Assembly (NCBI GenBank): GCA_976551045.1
Contig: CDPCPM010000280.1
Span: 3,162,001-3,226,000 of the forward strand
Length of the DNA stretch: 64,000 nt
Source: Glaucostegus cemiculus
Taxonomy: Eukaryota
Reading direction: 5' to 3'
Under the pieces are notes generated by a model that searched no databases, was not told the DNA's origin, and saw only the letters and a program-made list of their open reading frames with translations. The translations under genes and the position numbers were made by a program. This document shows, piece after piece, positions 35,465 through 47,946 of this stretch; positions within the stretch are counted from its first letter, which is position 1; every line of letters starts with the position of its first letter.

Positions 35465-37860
35465 TTTATACATTTATGGGATGAAGGTATCAGTGGTAAG
35501 GTCAGTATTTATTGTCCCTCTTCAAATGCTCTTGAGAAGATGATCATAGCCACTTTCTTTAATTGCTGCCATCCTTCTGGTGGAGATACTCCTGCAATTC
35601 CCTTGAACGGAAAGTTCCAGGGTCTAGTCTCAGCAACAATGAAGAAACAGCAAGATATTTCCAAGTCAGGATGGTCTGTGGTTTGGAGGGAAACCTGATG
35701 TTCTCATGTACCTACTACCCTTGTCCTTCTTGGTGGTGGGTTTGAAATGTGCTATAAGAGTAACCTGAGTGAGCAAATGCAGTGTATTTTGTAGATAGTA
35801 CCCATGGTACAGGAAGCAAACATTTAGAGTGGTGTATTGTATAAGAATTAAGCAGACTGCTTTGACCTGGATGGTGTCAAGCTTCTTGAATGCTGCTGAA
35901 CATGCACTTTTGCAGCCAAATAGAGAGTGTCCCATCAAACTCCTGACTTATGTCTTGATGATCAAAAGCTTATGAGGAGTAAGGAGGTAAGTTGTTCATT
36001 ACAGGTACACAGCATCTAACCTGCACTTGTAACCACAGAATTTATTTGGCCCAGTTAAGTTACTAGTCAATGGTAGTGGGCGACTTGGAGATGGTTATTC
36101 CATTGAGTGGAAAGAGTAGGTGGTTAGATTCGTTCTTGTTGGGGATGGTAAGTGTCCAGCACTTGTGTTGTGTCAATGCTATTTTTAGTTTATCAGCCTA
36201 TGTTTGAATGTTATCCAGGTTTTGCTATAAGAAAACATATACTGTTTCACTTCCTCAAATGCTGCAAATGAAATTGAAAATGTGCAGTCATTGGTGTACA
36301 TCATACTTTGATCATACAATGTAAGGAAGGTCATTCATGGTGTATCTGTGAATGCGTCATGAAGAACACTGAAGAGATGTACTGGGGCTGAGATGAATTG
36401 TCTCCAATGAGCACAATCATTTTCCTTTGTGTAATCCAACCTATGATGCACTTTTCCCTTCTGCCTGACTTTGGGGCTCATGTAGTTTCTGCCGTTGTTA
36501 AGGAGGGGTATGCTCTTGGAGCCTCCCTTTCTTGTTTAATTGGTCATCATTTGTAACTAGAAGTGACTTTGTCTGTTGCTTGTTGGATCACTTGGTTCTG
36601 CCTATTATATGCTGATTTTCTGGTTAGCTTGCCAGTAGTCCTGTTTGCAGATGTGCCAAGTTTCTATCTCATTTTTATTCCTGCTTGGTGGTATTCCCTG
36701 CAGATCCTTTAGCACGTTTTGTTGAGTCTGGGTGGACCCTTGGTTTGATAGTAATGGTTGGGTTAAAATATGCACAATCAGGAGATTGTGGAGGACTGCA
36801 ATTCCTCTGCTGCTGATAATCCACAATAGCATCCTGTGGATGCCCATTTCTTACTCCAGTTCTGTGCAGTCCCACTCTGGTAGCTCTGCCTTCAAAACTT
36901 GCTGCTCATTTAGTGGTGGTCTATTAAACCACTATTAATAATGGGCAGCAAAGTCTCTGTGATATTGAATAGCCTACTGCTGCTTCTGCTTCTTGTGTTC
37001 CCTCACTTGCATTACATTCTATGCTCTTGATAATCTCTGAATCTTCCAAGTGTTGTTTAACAATGAGAAGATACAATTCATTAGCCAAGGCAGGATGCTC
37101 TGAACTAATCAGCAAATGGTTTCTTTCCTCATGTTTGATCTGCTGCCATGTGACTTCACAGAGTCCTGAACATTGACTTAAGAATCGAAGGGCTAAAAGC
37201 TCTATACGAGTGTGCCACTATCTCTATTAGATCTAGCCTGCAGGTAGGACCAGTCAGATCCAAGTATTATAATGGAGTCTGGGATTGTGGCTGTGTGGTG
37301 TGATTCTGTGAATATGTTTGTATCAGGTTGCTGCTTGAGCAGCCTATGGTACAATTCTCCCAAGTTAGAGACACAAGAGACTGCAGATGCTGGAATCTGG
37401 AGCAACAAACAAAATGCTGGAGGAACTCAGCGGGTCAGGCAGCATCTCCCATATTAGACATCAGCATCAGGTGTTTATGAGAAGGAATTTGCAAAGTTGA
37501 GTGGGTTTGGAGTGACTTTGCTGTATCTAATGCTGGGCTGACTGTTCAGTTTACATCTTATTTGTTACAGCATAGAAATTTTGATTCATCTGAGTGTTGT
37601 TTCAGAGGGCATTTGGGAGTCAATTATGTTGTTGTGGGTCTGGAGTCACACATAGGCTATATCATTTAATTTTCTTCCTGAAGAACATCAGTAAACCAGA
37701 TGGGTTTTTGTGACAATGTCAGAGTTTCATGGTTGACTTTATTTTTTGTTCCAGATCATATAATAAACTGAATTTAAATTTCTGTTTCCATGGTAAGACT
37801 TGAACTCTGTAGGATGTTAGGCCAGACTTGTGGATTACTAGTCCAAAAACAATGTAATTG
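35465..37860 (-). mobile_element. Decayed CR1/L2-group LINE with tRNA-like 5' head
   Basis: ORF remnants KKLDTIQVKAVCLI and LLKQQPDTNIFTESH (endonuclease N-terminus-like); same family as 41270-42680; 5' part 37680-37860 matches 42780-42980. Confidence 0.7.
37367..37448 (-). mobile_element. Well-preserved Penelope-like tail nested in the LINE
   Basis: gagacacaagagactgcagatgctggaatctggagcaacaaacaaaatgctggaggaactcagcgggtcaggcagcatct, reverse complement of 46196-46276. Confidence 0.75.
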
Positions 37861-39939
37861 AAGGTTTTAGGTGGCTCTTGGGTGATGAATGGGGATAGCG
37901 TCAGATTTGGGTCAGACTGCACACATGGGTGTAGAATTGGTTTAGACAGGAAGTTGGAAAGCTGGAAGTTGGGCTGGGGACACTTCAGCTGTGTTCAAAA
38001 GTTCTGTATGCTCATCAACAATGAGGCCTCACGGGCAGCAGGGAGAAGATTGAAAAGCAGATTTTCATGATCTCTTTCTTTCTTCATTTTGGGATTGGAT
38101 AGATTCCCAACTGTGTATAACAGATAACACACCATGACTAACATGAAACAATCAGAAAGCTTGGGAGAACTTTAATTGTTAACTTAATATGAACACAAAC
38201 ACTCTGAACTATATTTCATTACCTTCCAGTCTTTTATCAATTCTTGATTTTAAATAGTTTTCTTTCTGCCACTGATGCATTTCCTATTTAGGCCCTTTAT
38301 TGGCCAACTGCCTATGTCATTGTGCTGACAGCTAGAATATTGAATGTTGTTGAGTTGTGATGCATTCCAGGCTGAACAACTAATGATAGTGAAATTACCA
38401 CAGTCAGTTTACCAAGTGTTGATTAAATTTGATTGCGAGGAAATGCAGACTGCATGTACTAAATGGACTGCAGTCCATTGTGTAATTCTTTTTTTCATTC
38501 TGGAGGTAAAATTCTAAATACAAAGGATAACATTAGTAGATTGTAATCCAGTCCTAGAGGTTATTTAACTGACAAACTCAATTCCAATCTGGAACACACT
38601 TGTAGACATTTCTCATAGTCTTCCTATGATGAATGTATACATCCAGAACACTCTTCTGTCTCCTTGCATTGCATTGTATATTGAAAACCTATGACTTGCA
38701 ATTTAAAAAAAAATCATTATTTTACCCTGTATGAAATTTCTCCAACAATTACAATCAAAGCTTTGATAATTCAACCAGAATTTTCAATGTCACTAATCAA
38801 CAGAACTGAGAAGTCACAAAACAGAGTATGTTTATACAGGGAATATGTGTTGTTCATGAGTTTTCTAAGTCTGTAACAAATTAATTGAACAATGTCATCA
38901 AACTCAACAATTGCCATGTGATTCTTGAGAGTATTATACAAATGTAAATTCCCTGTCTACCTTGCCACTAAAATGTGGCAATATCTTCTTGGTTACTTCA
39001 GAGGATTACTTGTTGAAGATTCATGCTTAAATATCAGAATACATCTGGTAGTATGAAGACTCCAATCTCACTGCTGTGTTACATTTCCAGATTCATAGAT
39101 GTTACAACACAGAAACAGGCCATTCAGCCCAACTTGTTTGTGTTACCATTTAGTGAGTATGTGAGTAAATATTTCTAGTTGCATCTGCCCACCTTGTCCA
39201 CATGCTTTCATTGTGCTTTCCTCTAGTTACCTACCCATTAAAAACTTCAATGATGTTTTAATTCTGTCTCAACCACTAAGCCTGGCTATGAATTCCAAAG
39301 TGTGATATACATATATCTCATAAAGAAATTTCTCTTTCTCTGTTTTTGGTCTCTTACATTTGATCTTACTTTTATGGCCACTCATTCCAAATCTTTTAAC
39401 TACTGACTAAGTCAGCCATTTGTTGGGACCTGAGTATGAATTACCTATCCTGACTTACGATGAGAAGGTAACGGAGGATCTTCCTTAACCACAAGTAAAG
39501 GTTTGATATAAATTGGTGACTTACTAGGTCACTTCAGAGGACACATTTAAATAGTCCTAGCATATCGACTTGCTATCTATACTATTTTTGCACAAATAAA
39601 AATTCTTTGATAACTTAAACTGCTTATCCAGTCACTAGTTCAGCCATACAGTTAGAGGTTTGCTTCCCAGTCTGACTTAACTTCTAGTGTATGGCTGTTT
39701 AAGTAACAAATTAAGGTGAAGCTCCAGATTCACTCAAGGGTTCAGGGTAAGTCATGGAGTACTGGCGTCACATGGAGATACAGCACGGAAACGGGCTATT
39801 TGGCCTACTGAGTCCATGCAGACCATCAACCAAGTGATGAAATATCACGACCAAGAGGTTGTCTAGGTTAAGGATTCAAAACAAGAATCAGAATCTGTTT
39901 GCTATGATCATAGCAGGGAGTTATTTTATTTTTTCCCAA

Positions 39940-40334
39940 ATGACCACATCTTCCCCAGCTCATCATTACAAACATCATTAAGGACTCTTCCCACCCAGCC
40001 CATCACCTCTTCAGTCTGCTCCCCTCAAAGAAACGCTTCAGGACATTCCACACAAACACGGCCAGATTGAGGGAATAGCTTATTCCCCAACGCTGTGAAA
40101 ATCTTAAACAAGGACTTTAAATTTCACAGATTCCACTAGATCTTTCTCGCTTCTTCTCTCTCTCCCTCTAATACATCAAGTAACCCTACAGTGTAAACTC
40201 TAACTTAATTTATTCTCTATTTATTTAATATTTAAGTACTGTGCCTATTGTCTGACATGGGAGTGCCAATAAAATCTTGTTGTTCTGTTGTCTCAACGGC
40301 TCAATGACAATAAAGCAATCTTGAATCTTGAATC
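39940..40334 (+). mobile_element. Rex1/Babar-type LINE 3' end
   Basis: IIKDSSHPAHHLFSLLPS coding remnant; tgacaataaa followed by an (atcttga)n tail. Confidence 0.8.
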
Positions 40335-40625
40335 ATTAAAGAGTTCAAGGTGGATCAGGTATTCTAAAGAAGGTTAAAACCCATGATTTCCACACTTTGA
40401 TCTGGCACCATAGCATGGTTTGTGACATTAACATCTAAGTAAGAGTTCCACCATTAAGCAGAGGGATTGATTGTGCTCCAATAGCTCTACAAGATTTGAT
40501 CTGCATTTGTGGGAATATAATCCTCCATAGTCAGGAGTGCTTTATTTGCCGAACAATCAAATTCTCTGGATAAGACATTTTCTGAGAACAAGTTTCGATG
40601 TGCAACTATTTGGATTCAACAATTG

Positions 40626-41118
40626 TCGCCCTGTTGTAGGAAAGACATCATTAAACTGGAAAGAGTGCAGAGAAAATTTACAAGGATGCTGCCAGAAGTT
40701 GAGGGTCTGAGTTATAGGGAGAGGTTGGGCAGGCTGGGACTTTATTACTTTATTCCTAGGAGCATAGGAGGGGTGATCTTATAGAGGTGTATAGAATCAT
40801 GAAGTGCATAGGTAGGGTGAATGCACAGTCTTTTTCCCGGGGAAGTGAATCAAAAACTTAAGGACTTAGGTTTAAGGTGACAGCGGAAAGATTTAAAAGC
40901 GACCTGAGAGGCAACTTCTTCACGCAGAGGGTGGTGCGTATATGGAATGAGCTACCAGCGAAAGTGGTTGAGGCAGGTACAATAACAACATTCAAAAGAC
41001 ATTTGGATAAGTACTCAGATAGGAGGGGTTTAACAGGATATGGGCCAAATGTGGGCAAATGGGACTCACTTGGTGGGCACTGTGATCTGCAGGGATGAGT
41101 TGGACTGAAGGACCTGTA
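40626..41118 (+). mobile_element. CR1 LINE 3' end, relatively young
   Basis: LERVQRKFTRMLP and RGNFFTQRVVRIWNELP..TFKRHLDKY. Confidence 0.92.
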
Positions 41119-41269
41119 TTAATCTGAGTTTAATTGCCTTCAAATGCTTGAGATTTATAAGAGGGTTGACCACTTCTGATTTCTCCTTCTGTCTCCTCGC
41201 TGGAAGTGTGTATTTAATCATCAGCTGAGGGCAGTGTCTCATCTTGCGGTTGAATAACCTAACATTTCA

Positions 41270-42680
41270 GACATTCTCCAGTCACCAGGGCCCAGGACAA
41301 TGTTGCAGGAAATGCAAGGCCGCGTCCTAGACTCAACCATCTTCAGCTATTTCTGAGTAGCCTTTCCCCAACATTGGGAAGATGCTGAGATCCATATTTA
41401 AAGATGCAGTAAAAGGACATTTAGACAATCAGAATACAATTAAACAGAGTCAGCATGGCATTAAGAAAAGGAAATTGTATTTAACAAACTTATTGGAGTT
41501 CTTTGAGAATGTAGCAAGAAGATTGATATAGGGGACCAGCAAATGTAGTGTTTTTGGATTTCCAAAAGGCATTTGATAAGTTACCACATAAAAGATTACT
41601 GCATAAGATGCACAATGCCCATGCATTGGGGTAATACATTAGCATGGTTTGAAGATTGGCTAATTAACTAAAATCAGAGTCAGGGTTAGGCTGAGATAGA
41701 TAATTATGCTATAGGGAAGTCAGGGATTATGGTAAATAGGGAGTAAAGTGGAGATGAGACCAAGATCAGACAAGGTCTTTAAGAACAGCAGAACTGGCTT
41801 GAAGAGCTGTATAGACTACACCTGCTTCTATTTCTTTTGCTTTTGTAAGGTTAGAAGTAGGGATGTTTGTACATGATCACACATAGTTCAGCTACATCCC
41901 AAACTCCTCTGAATAATAAAGCAGCCTGTACCTTTGTGCAGCAAAACCTGAACAACATGTATGCTTCAGCGGATAAATTTGTATTACATTTGTTTTGTAC
42001 TGGTGCTAGGCAATGACCATCTTCCCTTGACACTGAATGCCACGATCATCACCTGGAACTTTCCCATCTATTTTCTGGGAGTCAGCACAGACCAACACTT
42101 TAACTGGGCCAATCAAAAAAAGAGAATATCTAATCAACTTGCCTGCTAACACTGCAGAGCCTTTTTACTGCCAACAAAGCACAAGAGTTTGATGCAATTC
42201 TGTTTACTTGGATGACTGGGGCTGCAACAACATTCAAACATTTTAACACGATTATGACAATGAATCTGCTTGCTTGCTAACTCATCCTCGTCCTTCTCTT
42301 CTCTTACATTCTCTTACTCCACCACCAGTACATTGTGGATGCTGTGTGTACCAACTTCAAGATGCACAAGGCTTCTCCAATGGTACCTCCCAATACTGAC
42401 ACTTCTATCAGCTGTATTGACAAGGGTAGCAGGTGTATGGGAACACCAATATCTGCGTTACCTTCAAATCATACATTACCTTGACTAGAAAATATATCGG
42501 TTTTCATCACACTGTGTGAAACTTATGAAACTCCTTACCTAACAGTATGTTAGTAAGTGAATACTTTCACCAGGTAGATTACAGTGGCCCAAGAAAGGAT
42601 CTCACTACCATCCTTTCAAGGGCAATAGTGATGGGTAATAAATAATTCCTTATCAGCAATGGCTACATTCTAAAAATGAA
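41270..42680 (+). mobile_element. CR1/L2-group LINE RT-to-3' fragment with a nested CR1 piece (~41390-41845)
   Basis: The insert encodes QSQHG..CLTNLLEFFE-like and LDFQKAFDK; the host resumes at ~41850 and ends in a gggcaat..gatgggtaataaat tail. Confidence 0.7.
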
Positions 42681-42779
42681 CACAAACTGTATGAGGAATT
42701 GTCACTTGGATAAGGTAGTGAAGGGAGCTGTACTTCAGGAAACTGAAACCCAGCAGATGTTGATTTGGGAATTTTTCCC

Positions 42780-42980
42780 TGAAAGCCATTAGTGAACCAG
42801 ATGGGTTTTTACAACAATCTGGTAATTTCATGGTCACCATTAGTGATAACTATTTTTTTATTGCAGATTTATTTATTACTAGATTTTAAATTGCTGTGGT
42901 GGAATTCAAGCTCATGTCTCCAGATCAATAGTTCAGACCTCTGGATATGAATCCAGTAACTTAACCACAATGTTGCTATA
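42780..42980 (-). mobile_element. tRNA-headed SINE-like piece
   Basis: attagtgaaccagatgggtttttacaacaat..ctctggat..tccagtaacttaaccac, similar to 37680-37860. Confidence 0.6.
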
Positions 42981-43669
42981 CCCTGTAGACCTTGTGTGTT
43001 TCTATTTCTATAGTTTGAACAGTGAATTACATCCTTACAACCTTTTCTCTGTCAAACTGCAGCACTTTTCTAATCATTCCTGATTGTTTTCATTATTGAG
43101 GCAGGGGATGTTATGCTAAGCAGTTTATGTGTCTGATTTATGACACAGATCAGTCTCCAAAATGAATCCTTCCCTTTGTAAAGCAAGGTTTACAACCTGA
43201 AGGCTCCAACAAGGCTAAGTTCCCAGGGTCCGGTGCCTACTGATGAAAAGGTGGGGGAGGTGCATTGTAGGAAGAGTGTAGGGTTAGATTGTCAACCTTT
43301 AGCATGCTACAGCTACCAAGCATTGAAGACTAATTTCTCTTTAATGAGCCTCCAGCTGATTGAGGCTGCCATTTATCCAGCCAATGTACAATTTATAGTT
43401 TCAACAAGGAAAAGAAACAGAAAAATCATTCCGGCAACAAGGACCATCCGGAAACCACCTGTGAGCATGTGAGTTTCAGACCTGGCAGACAGTGCGACCT
43501 GACATGTTCATAAATTCAACTCTATCTGAGTAATTACATAGCCAGCCTGACAATGTGGCAGTGAGTTAATGAGGAAAGCGTCAGCTGAAAACAATCATGG
43601 TTAAGAAGGTGGGTGGGGTGGGGTGGAGGTGGAGGCCAAGCAGGTCAAAATGAGTCATGGACAACTAAT

Positions 43670-44340
43670 GAGAACCCAAGAATATAAAGAAATCCAAGCA
43701 GGAGTAGGCTCTATGACCCCTTTAGGTTGCTCTGCCATTCAATAAGTTCAAGGCTATTGTAGCCTTGGTCTCACTTTCCTGCCTGTTCCCCACAAGTCTT
43801 AACACCTCAACAGAACAAAAATCAGTCATCTTTTAGCCTTGAATATATTCAGTGATTCAGCCCCCATGGTTTCCTGGGACAGAGAATTCCAGATTCACAA
43901 TACTCTAAAAGAAGAAACTCCACCTCATCTCTAAAACTGTACACAGTACTCCAGATGTGGTCTCACTAATCATTTGTATAGTTATAGCAAGACTTCCCTT
44001 TTATACTCCACCATCTTCAAAATAAATGCCTTCCTAATTACTTAATGTGCCTGCATGCAAACATTCTGCATTTCATACACAAGGACACCCAGTTCACTCT
44101 TTCAGCAACTTTCCAAACCCTTTCTCAATATTCTAATTTTCTACTCACTCTAACAAAGCGGAGAACCGCACATTTTTGCAAATTGTACTTCAAGTGCTAG
44201 TTTGTTACCCACCTGTTTAACCTAACTATATCTCTTTGCAGATTGTTTGCATTCTCCTCACAACTTAATTTCACACCTATCTTTCTATTGTCAGCAAGTT
44301 AGAGAACAGTACAATTGGTCCCTTCATCTGTCATTAAGAT
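43670..44340 (-). mobile_element. CR1 3' fragment
   Basis: agcaggagtaggc tail; aactgtacacagtactccagatgtggtctcac. Confidence 0.8.
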
Positions 44341-44432
44341 AGGCTCATACTTAGACATGTTATGTGAGCTGAAGATACTGAGTTCTATACAAAATATTAA
44401 AACCATCATTGATTGATTGTTAACTCGAATAA

Positions 44433-44435
<3 letters not shown>

Positions 44436-44480
<45 letters not shown>

Positions 44481-44494
44481 CGCGCGTGTGTGTG
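44436..44494. repeat. (TG)n/(CG)n microsatellite
   Basis: Directly visible; uninterrupted purine-pyrimidine alternation. Confidence 0.97.
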
Positions 44495-44514
44495 AGAGCC
44501 ATGGATCAATGGGA

Positions 44515-44900
44515 GGTACTGTTAACTCTTGAGTTTGAAGATGGTGGGTTCAAGACCTACCAGAAATCTGAGCACCAAATCTTGGCTGAAAGTTGAGTGT
44601 TGCACTATCAGTGCGCCATCTTGCTAATAAGATTTTAAATTGAGACTCTCTCTTATGACATAAAAATTGCATAAATTATTCAAAGAATTATAGGAAATAT
44701 CAATGCTTTGGCCAACATTTGTCCCTCAACTAACATCAATGAAACTGGTCAATTGGACGCAATGTCATTGATGTTTGTGCGATCTTGCTTTGTGAAAAGT
44801 AGCTGTTACATTTTCACATTACATACAACATTGATTAGACTTTAAAAACTATTACAATGACTGTAAGGGAGATGTCTCAAGTTTGTGAAAGCATAGTAAA
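44515..44900 (+). mobile_element. Deu-domain SINE, decayed
   Basis: gaagatggtgggttcaag (B-box-like)..ggctga..gagtgttgcact. Confidence 0.55.
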
Positions 44901-46129
44901 TGTGGAAGGCCTAGAAATTGCTCAAAGCCATTTTTTTGGTGTTAAAACAAAAATGCAGGTCACCCAAACGTTGTTGTTGAAAGTTGCATAAAGAGTGAGA
45001 ATTTCATTGTAAGGTTCACAGAACAGCATTGCTGGATTTCCCTTTGTAACACTGCACCAAAACCAAAATTGTTCGTTTTAATGCAGTGTTCCCTATTACT
45101 GTTTCGCTAATTTGCGCAGCTGTCAGTACGTAACACAGCTGAAGTGATCTTTAAATCCAACTCTTAGTTGGACGTAGCACATCACAATCAATGCTCTTCT
45201 AGCTCCAAGGAAGTGACACATTAGTCCTGTAGTTTAGCTCCGCTCCGGCTGGAAGCTTATTTAAGGTGTGGTGCATTATTACAAAGAAGATGTAGCTTAG
45301 CTTGACACCACTCTGCACTGATCCAATCTGCAACTGTTCTAGACCAGTTGGCTGGGATCTCAGCATCCATGCCATTATAATGAATGAAGATATACTATTG
45401 ATTTAATGGATGTTGCAATGATGAGTCAGGGGTTGGGATAGAGCTCAGAGGTCAGTGCACCCTGGATAGGCTCGTGGAAAACCATGCCTGCACAAAGCAT
45501 GTTCTTTGTGTAAAGGGATTGCAGAGACCCTCCAGGGCTAAAACCTGGCACTCCTGACAAAAAGTTGCAAGGACCAGAGTACTGAACCTAAATAGCTGCA
45601 AGCTGGGGAAGCCTGCAATATAGGTAAATATCCATGTCCACTCTCCTATGAGCTGTAAGGAAATTAGATGAAGTCTCCTCCTTGAGTAAATGTTTGGATT
45701 TTTTCCCCTAAAGTAGCAGTGAGCAGTGAAATGTAGATGTGGAAGAGATCAGCAGCAGCAGCCTGGAATGACACTAGGACTATTGGATCCTAACCGCCAT
45801 GGGCAAAGCAGTGGTGAACTCATGTGAGGTGGTAATTGAGGTGCTGGGAGATCAGGTATCCTACAAAGTACAGAGAATTCAGTTTGAGAGTTGGCTCTTT
45901 AACTGACACAGTTTCAAGTAAATAGGTTTAGCAAAACTTGGTTGTTATGTAAGCAGAACTTTCCGTTTGCAGTCCAGGGAAACTGAATATCTCAGACCAG
46001 ATAAATGTTGCATGTGACACTGCTGTTAAAATCATTTGGGAACGTTTCACATTAGAAAGAATACATTAAAACACCTAGAAATGTGTACAAAGTTACATGC
46101 TGGCTATCCCCTCTCTATGCTAGCCACCT

Positions 46130-46276
46130 CACCTCTCCACTCTCAGTCCTGGTGCAGGGTTTTGACCCGAAATGTCGACAGTTTCTTTCCTCCCACAGAT
46201 GCTGCCTGACCCACTGAGCTCCTCCAGAAAATTGTTTGTTGCTCCAGATTCCACATTTGTAGTGTCTTCTATCTCC
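46130..46276 (+). mobile_element. Penelope-like end with variant hammerhead core
   Basis: gtc-CTGGTGCA-GGGT-tttg-ACCC-GAAA-tGTC-gac followed by the family tail. Confidence 0.75.
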
Positions 46277-46548
46277 AAAGTTGTTCTATTGGTGTCCTTG
46301 TCAATAGCACAATGGTGACTTTCTAGAATTGGGGAAACAAATGTCCAGCCCAGAATGTTCCAGCAGCTCATTCTCAATAGGATATTTCAAAATGTGCCAC
46401 TTCAGATCACGAAGATGGACTCATATTTGAAAAACTTAAGTAAAGGTCAAGCCAGACTTTGATAGTGTATCTTTGGTTGATTAAGAAAAAGGGTATTTGA
46501 AGATCACGATCACAGACCTAGCATAAAAGTCATGATCTACAGGGTAGC

Positions 46549-47477
46549 AATCAGAAATTTGGTTCTTTGTAGCTAGTCAAAGTCAATGAGTGAGGCGTGT
46601 GGTGTTATTAGATAGTAACACCACAGAGGGGTTTGGATCATTTTGTAAACCACAAAAGATTTACATTTATTTAAATAAATGTATCAGAACCATATAACTG
46701 TGTTAAAGCCTGATGTAACTCTGATTCAATATTATTTTTGAGCAAATTATTCAGTTGGATCCCTACCTTTCTTTACTCTTCTGGGACCTGGACTACCTAC
46801 ATTAGGTACCTCAAGGCATTGGAAGGTTAAACCCATGCTGGTCAGGCTATGTCACTCGCATGCTCAACAACAGATTCTCCAGTAGGGGCTCTATTCTGAA
46901 CTCTGTCATGGGAAAAGATTATCAGAAGACAGAGGAAAAGAATTCAAACATGTGCTCAAAACTTTCATGAAAAAATTGCAACATCCTGACTGATTCTTAG
47001 AGTTGTTGGCCCACAACCTCCCAAAGCAGAGAAGGAATATTTGACTTCACAGATTGGGAACACAATGAAGCTCTGCTTAAGTAGTGGAAGGAGCAGGCCA
47101 CTTCACAAATTACCCAATCGCTCATCCTGTCAGGCTTCACCTGCCTGTGATTCCCACACTGGCTTCCTCAACCACCTTAGAACCCACAAAACTTGAATGG
47201 AAGCAAGGCATCTTCAGTTCCAAGGGACTACCTAAGAAGAAGAACACATGCTGCAACATTCTTTGACAAATCAGAAATTTGGTTCTTTGCAGTCAGTCAA
47301 GTTCAATGAGTGGGGCGTATTTGCGTTATTAGACAGTAACACGGAGTGGTTTGGATAATTTTGTAAACCACAGAAGATTTGCATTTATTTAAATATATGA
47401 ACTATTTCAAAGCTTGATGTAACTCTGATTCTCTGACTCAACATTATTTCTGAGCAAATTATTCCATTGGATTCCTA
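46549..47477. repeat. Direct repeat pair, ~210 bp (46549-46765 and 47269-47477)
   Basis: Both start aatcagaaatttggttctttg and share ttttgtaaaccaca, tgatgtaactctgattc and tgagcaaattattc; offset 720 bp. Confidence 0.92.
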
Positions 47478-47714
47478 TTGCTATGTCCAGATTTCTGGTA
47501 TTTGGCTGTTTTCAACTGTTGGATTAATCTGTACATTGAAAGTGTTGACCAGCGGATAAGTTTTTAAAACATTTACATATTGCTACCTATAGTTTACTTA
47601 GTATTCTTAGGAAATTTTAAAGTGTTTCAAGAACATGAAGTTTCCATGAAAAACTTTGGCCAATTAGATTGTGATAAGATGATTGAACGGTTCCCTTATA
47701 CAACGAGATGGTCT

Positions 47715-47946
47715 GTAACCTCACATTCTACCTTGTGCGGCCTTGTACCTTATTGCACTGCACTTTCTCTGTAGCTGTGACACTTTATTCTGTACTGTTA
47801 CTGTTTTCACTGTACTATTTCAATGCACTTTGTACTATGTAACTGTACTGTATAATGAATTGACATGTACGATCGGTTTGTAAGACAAGCTTTTCACTGT
47901 ACCTCGGTACAAGTGACAACAATAAACCAATACCAATACCAATACC
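47715..47946 (+). mobile_element. Rex1/Babar-type 3' end
   Basis: caagcttttcactgtacctcggtacaagtgacaacaataaa plus (ccaata)n tail. Confidence 0.8.

Noticed and set aside
38462-38479. Perfect 18-bp palindrome aatggactgcagtccatt
   Set aside because: Roughly 0.2-0.3 such palindromes are expected by chance in 64 kb, and there is no supporting context
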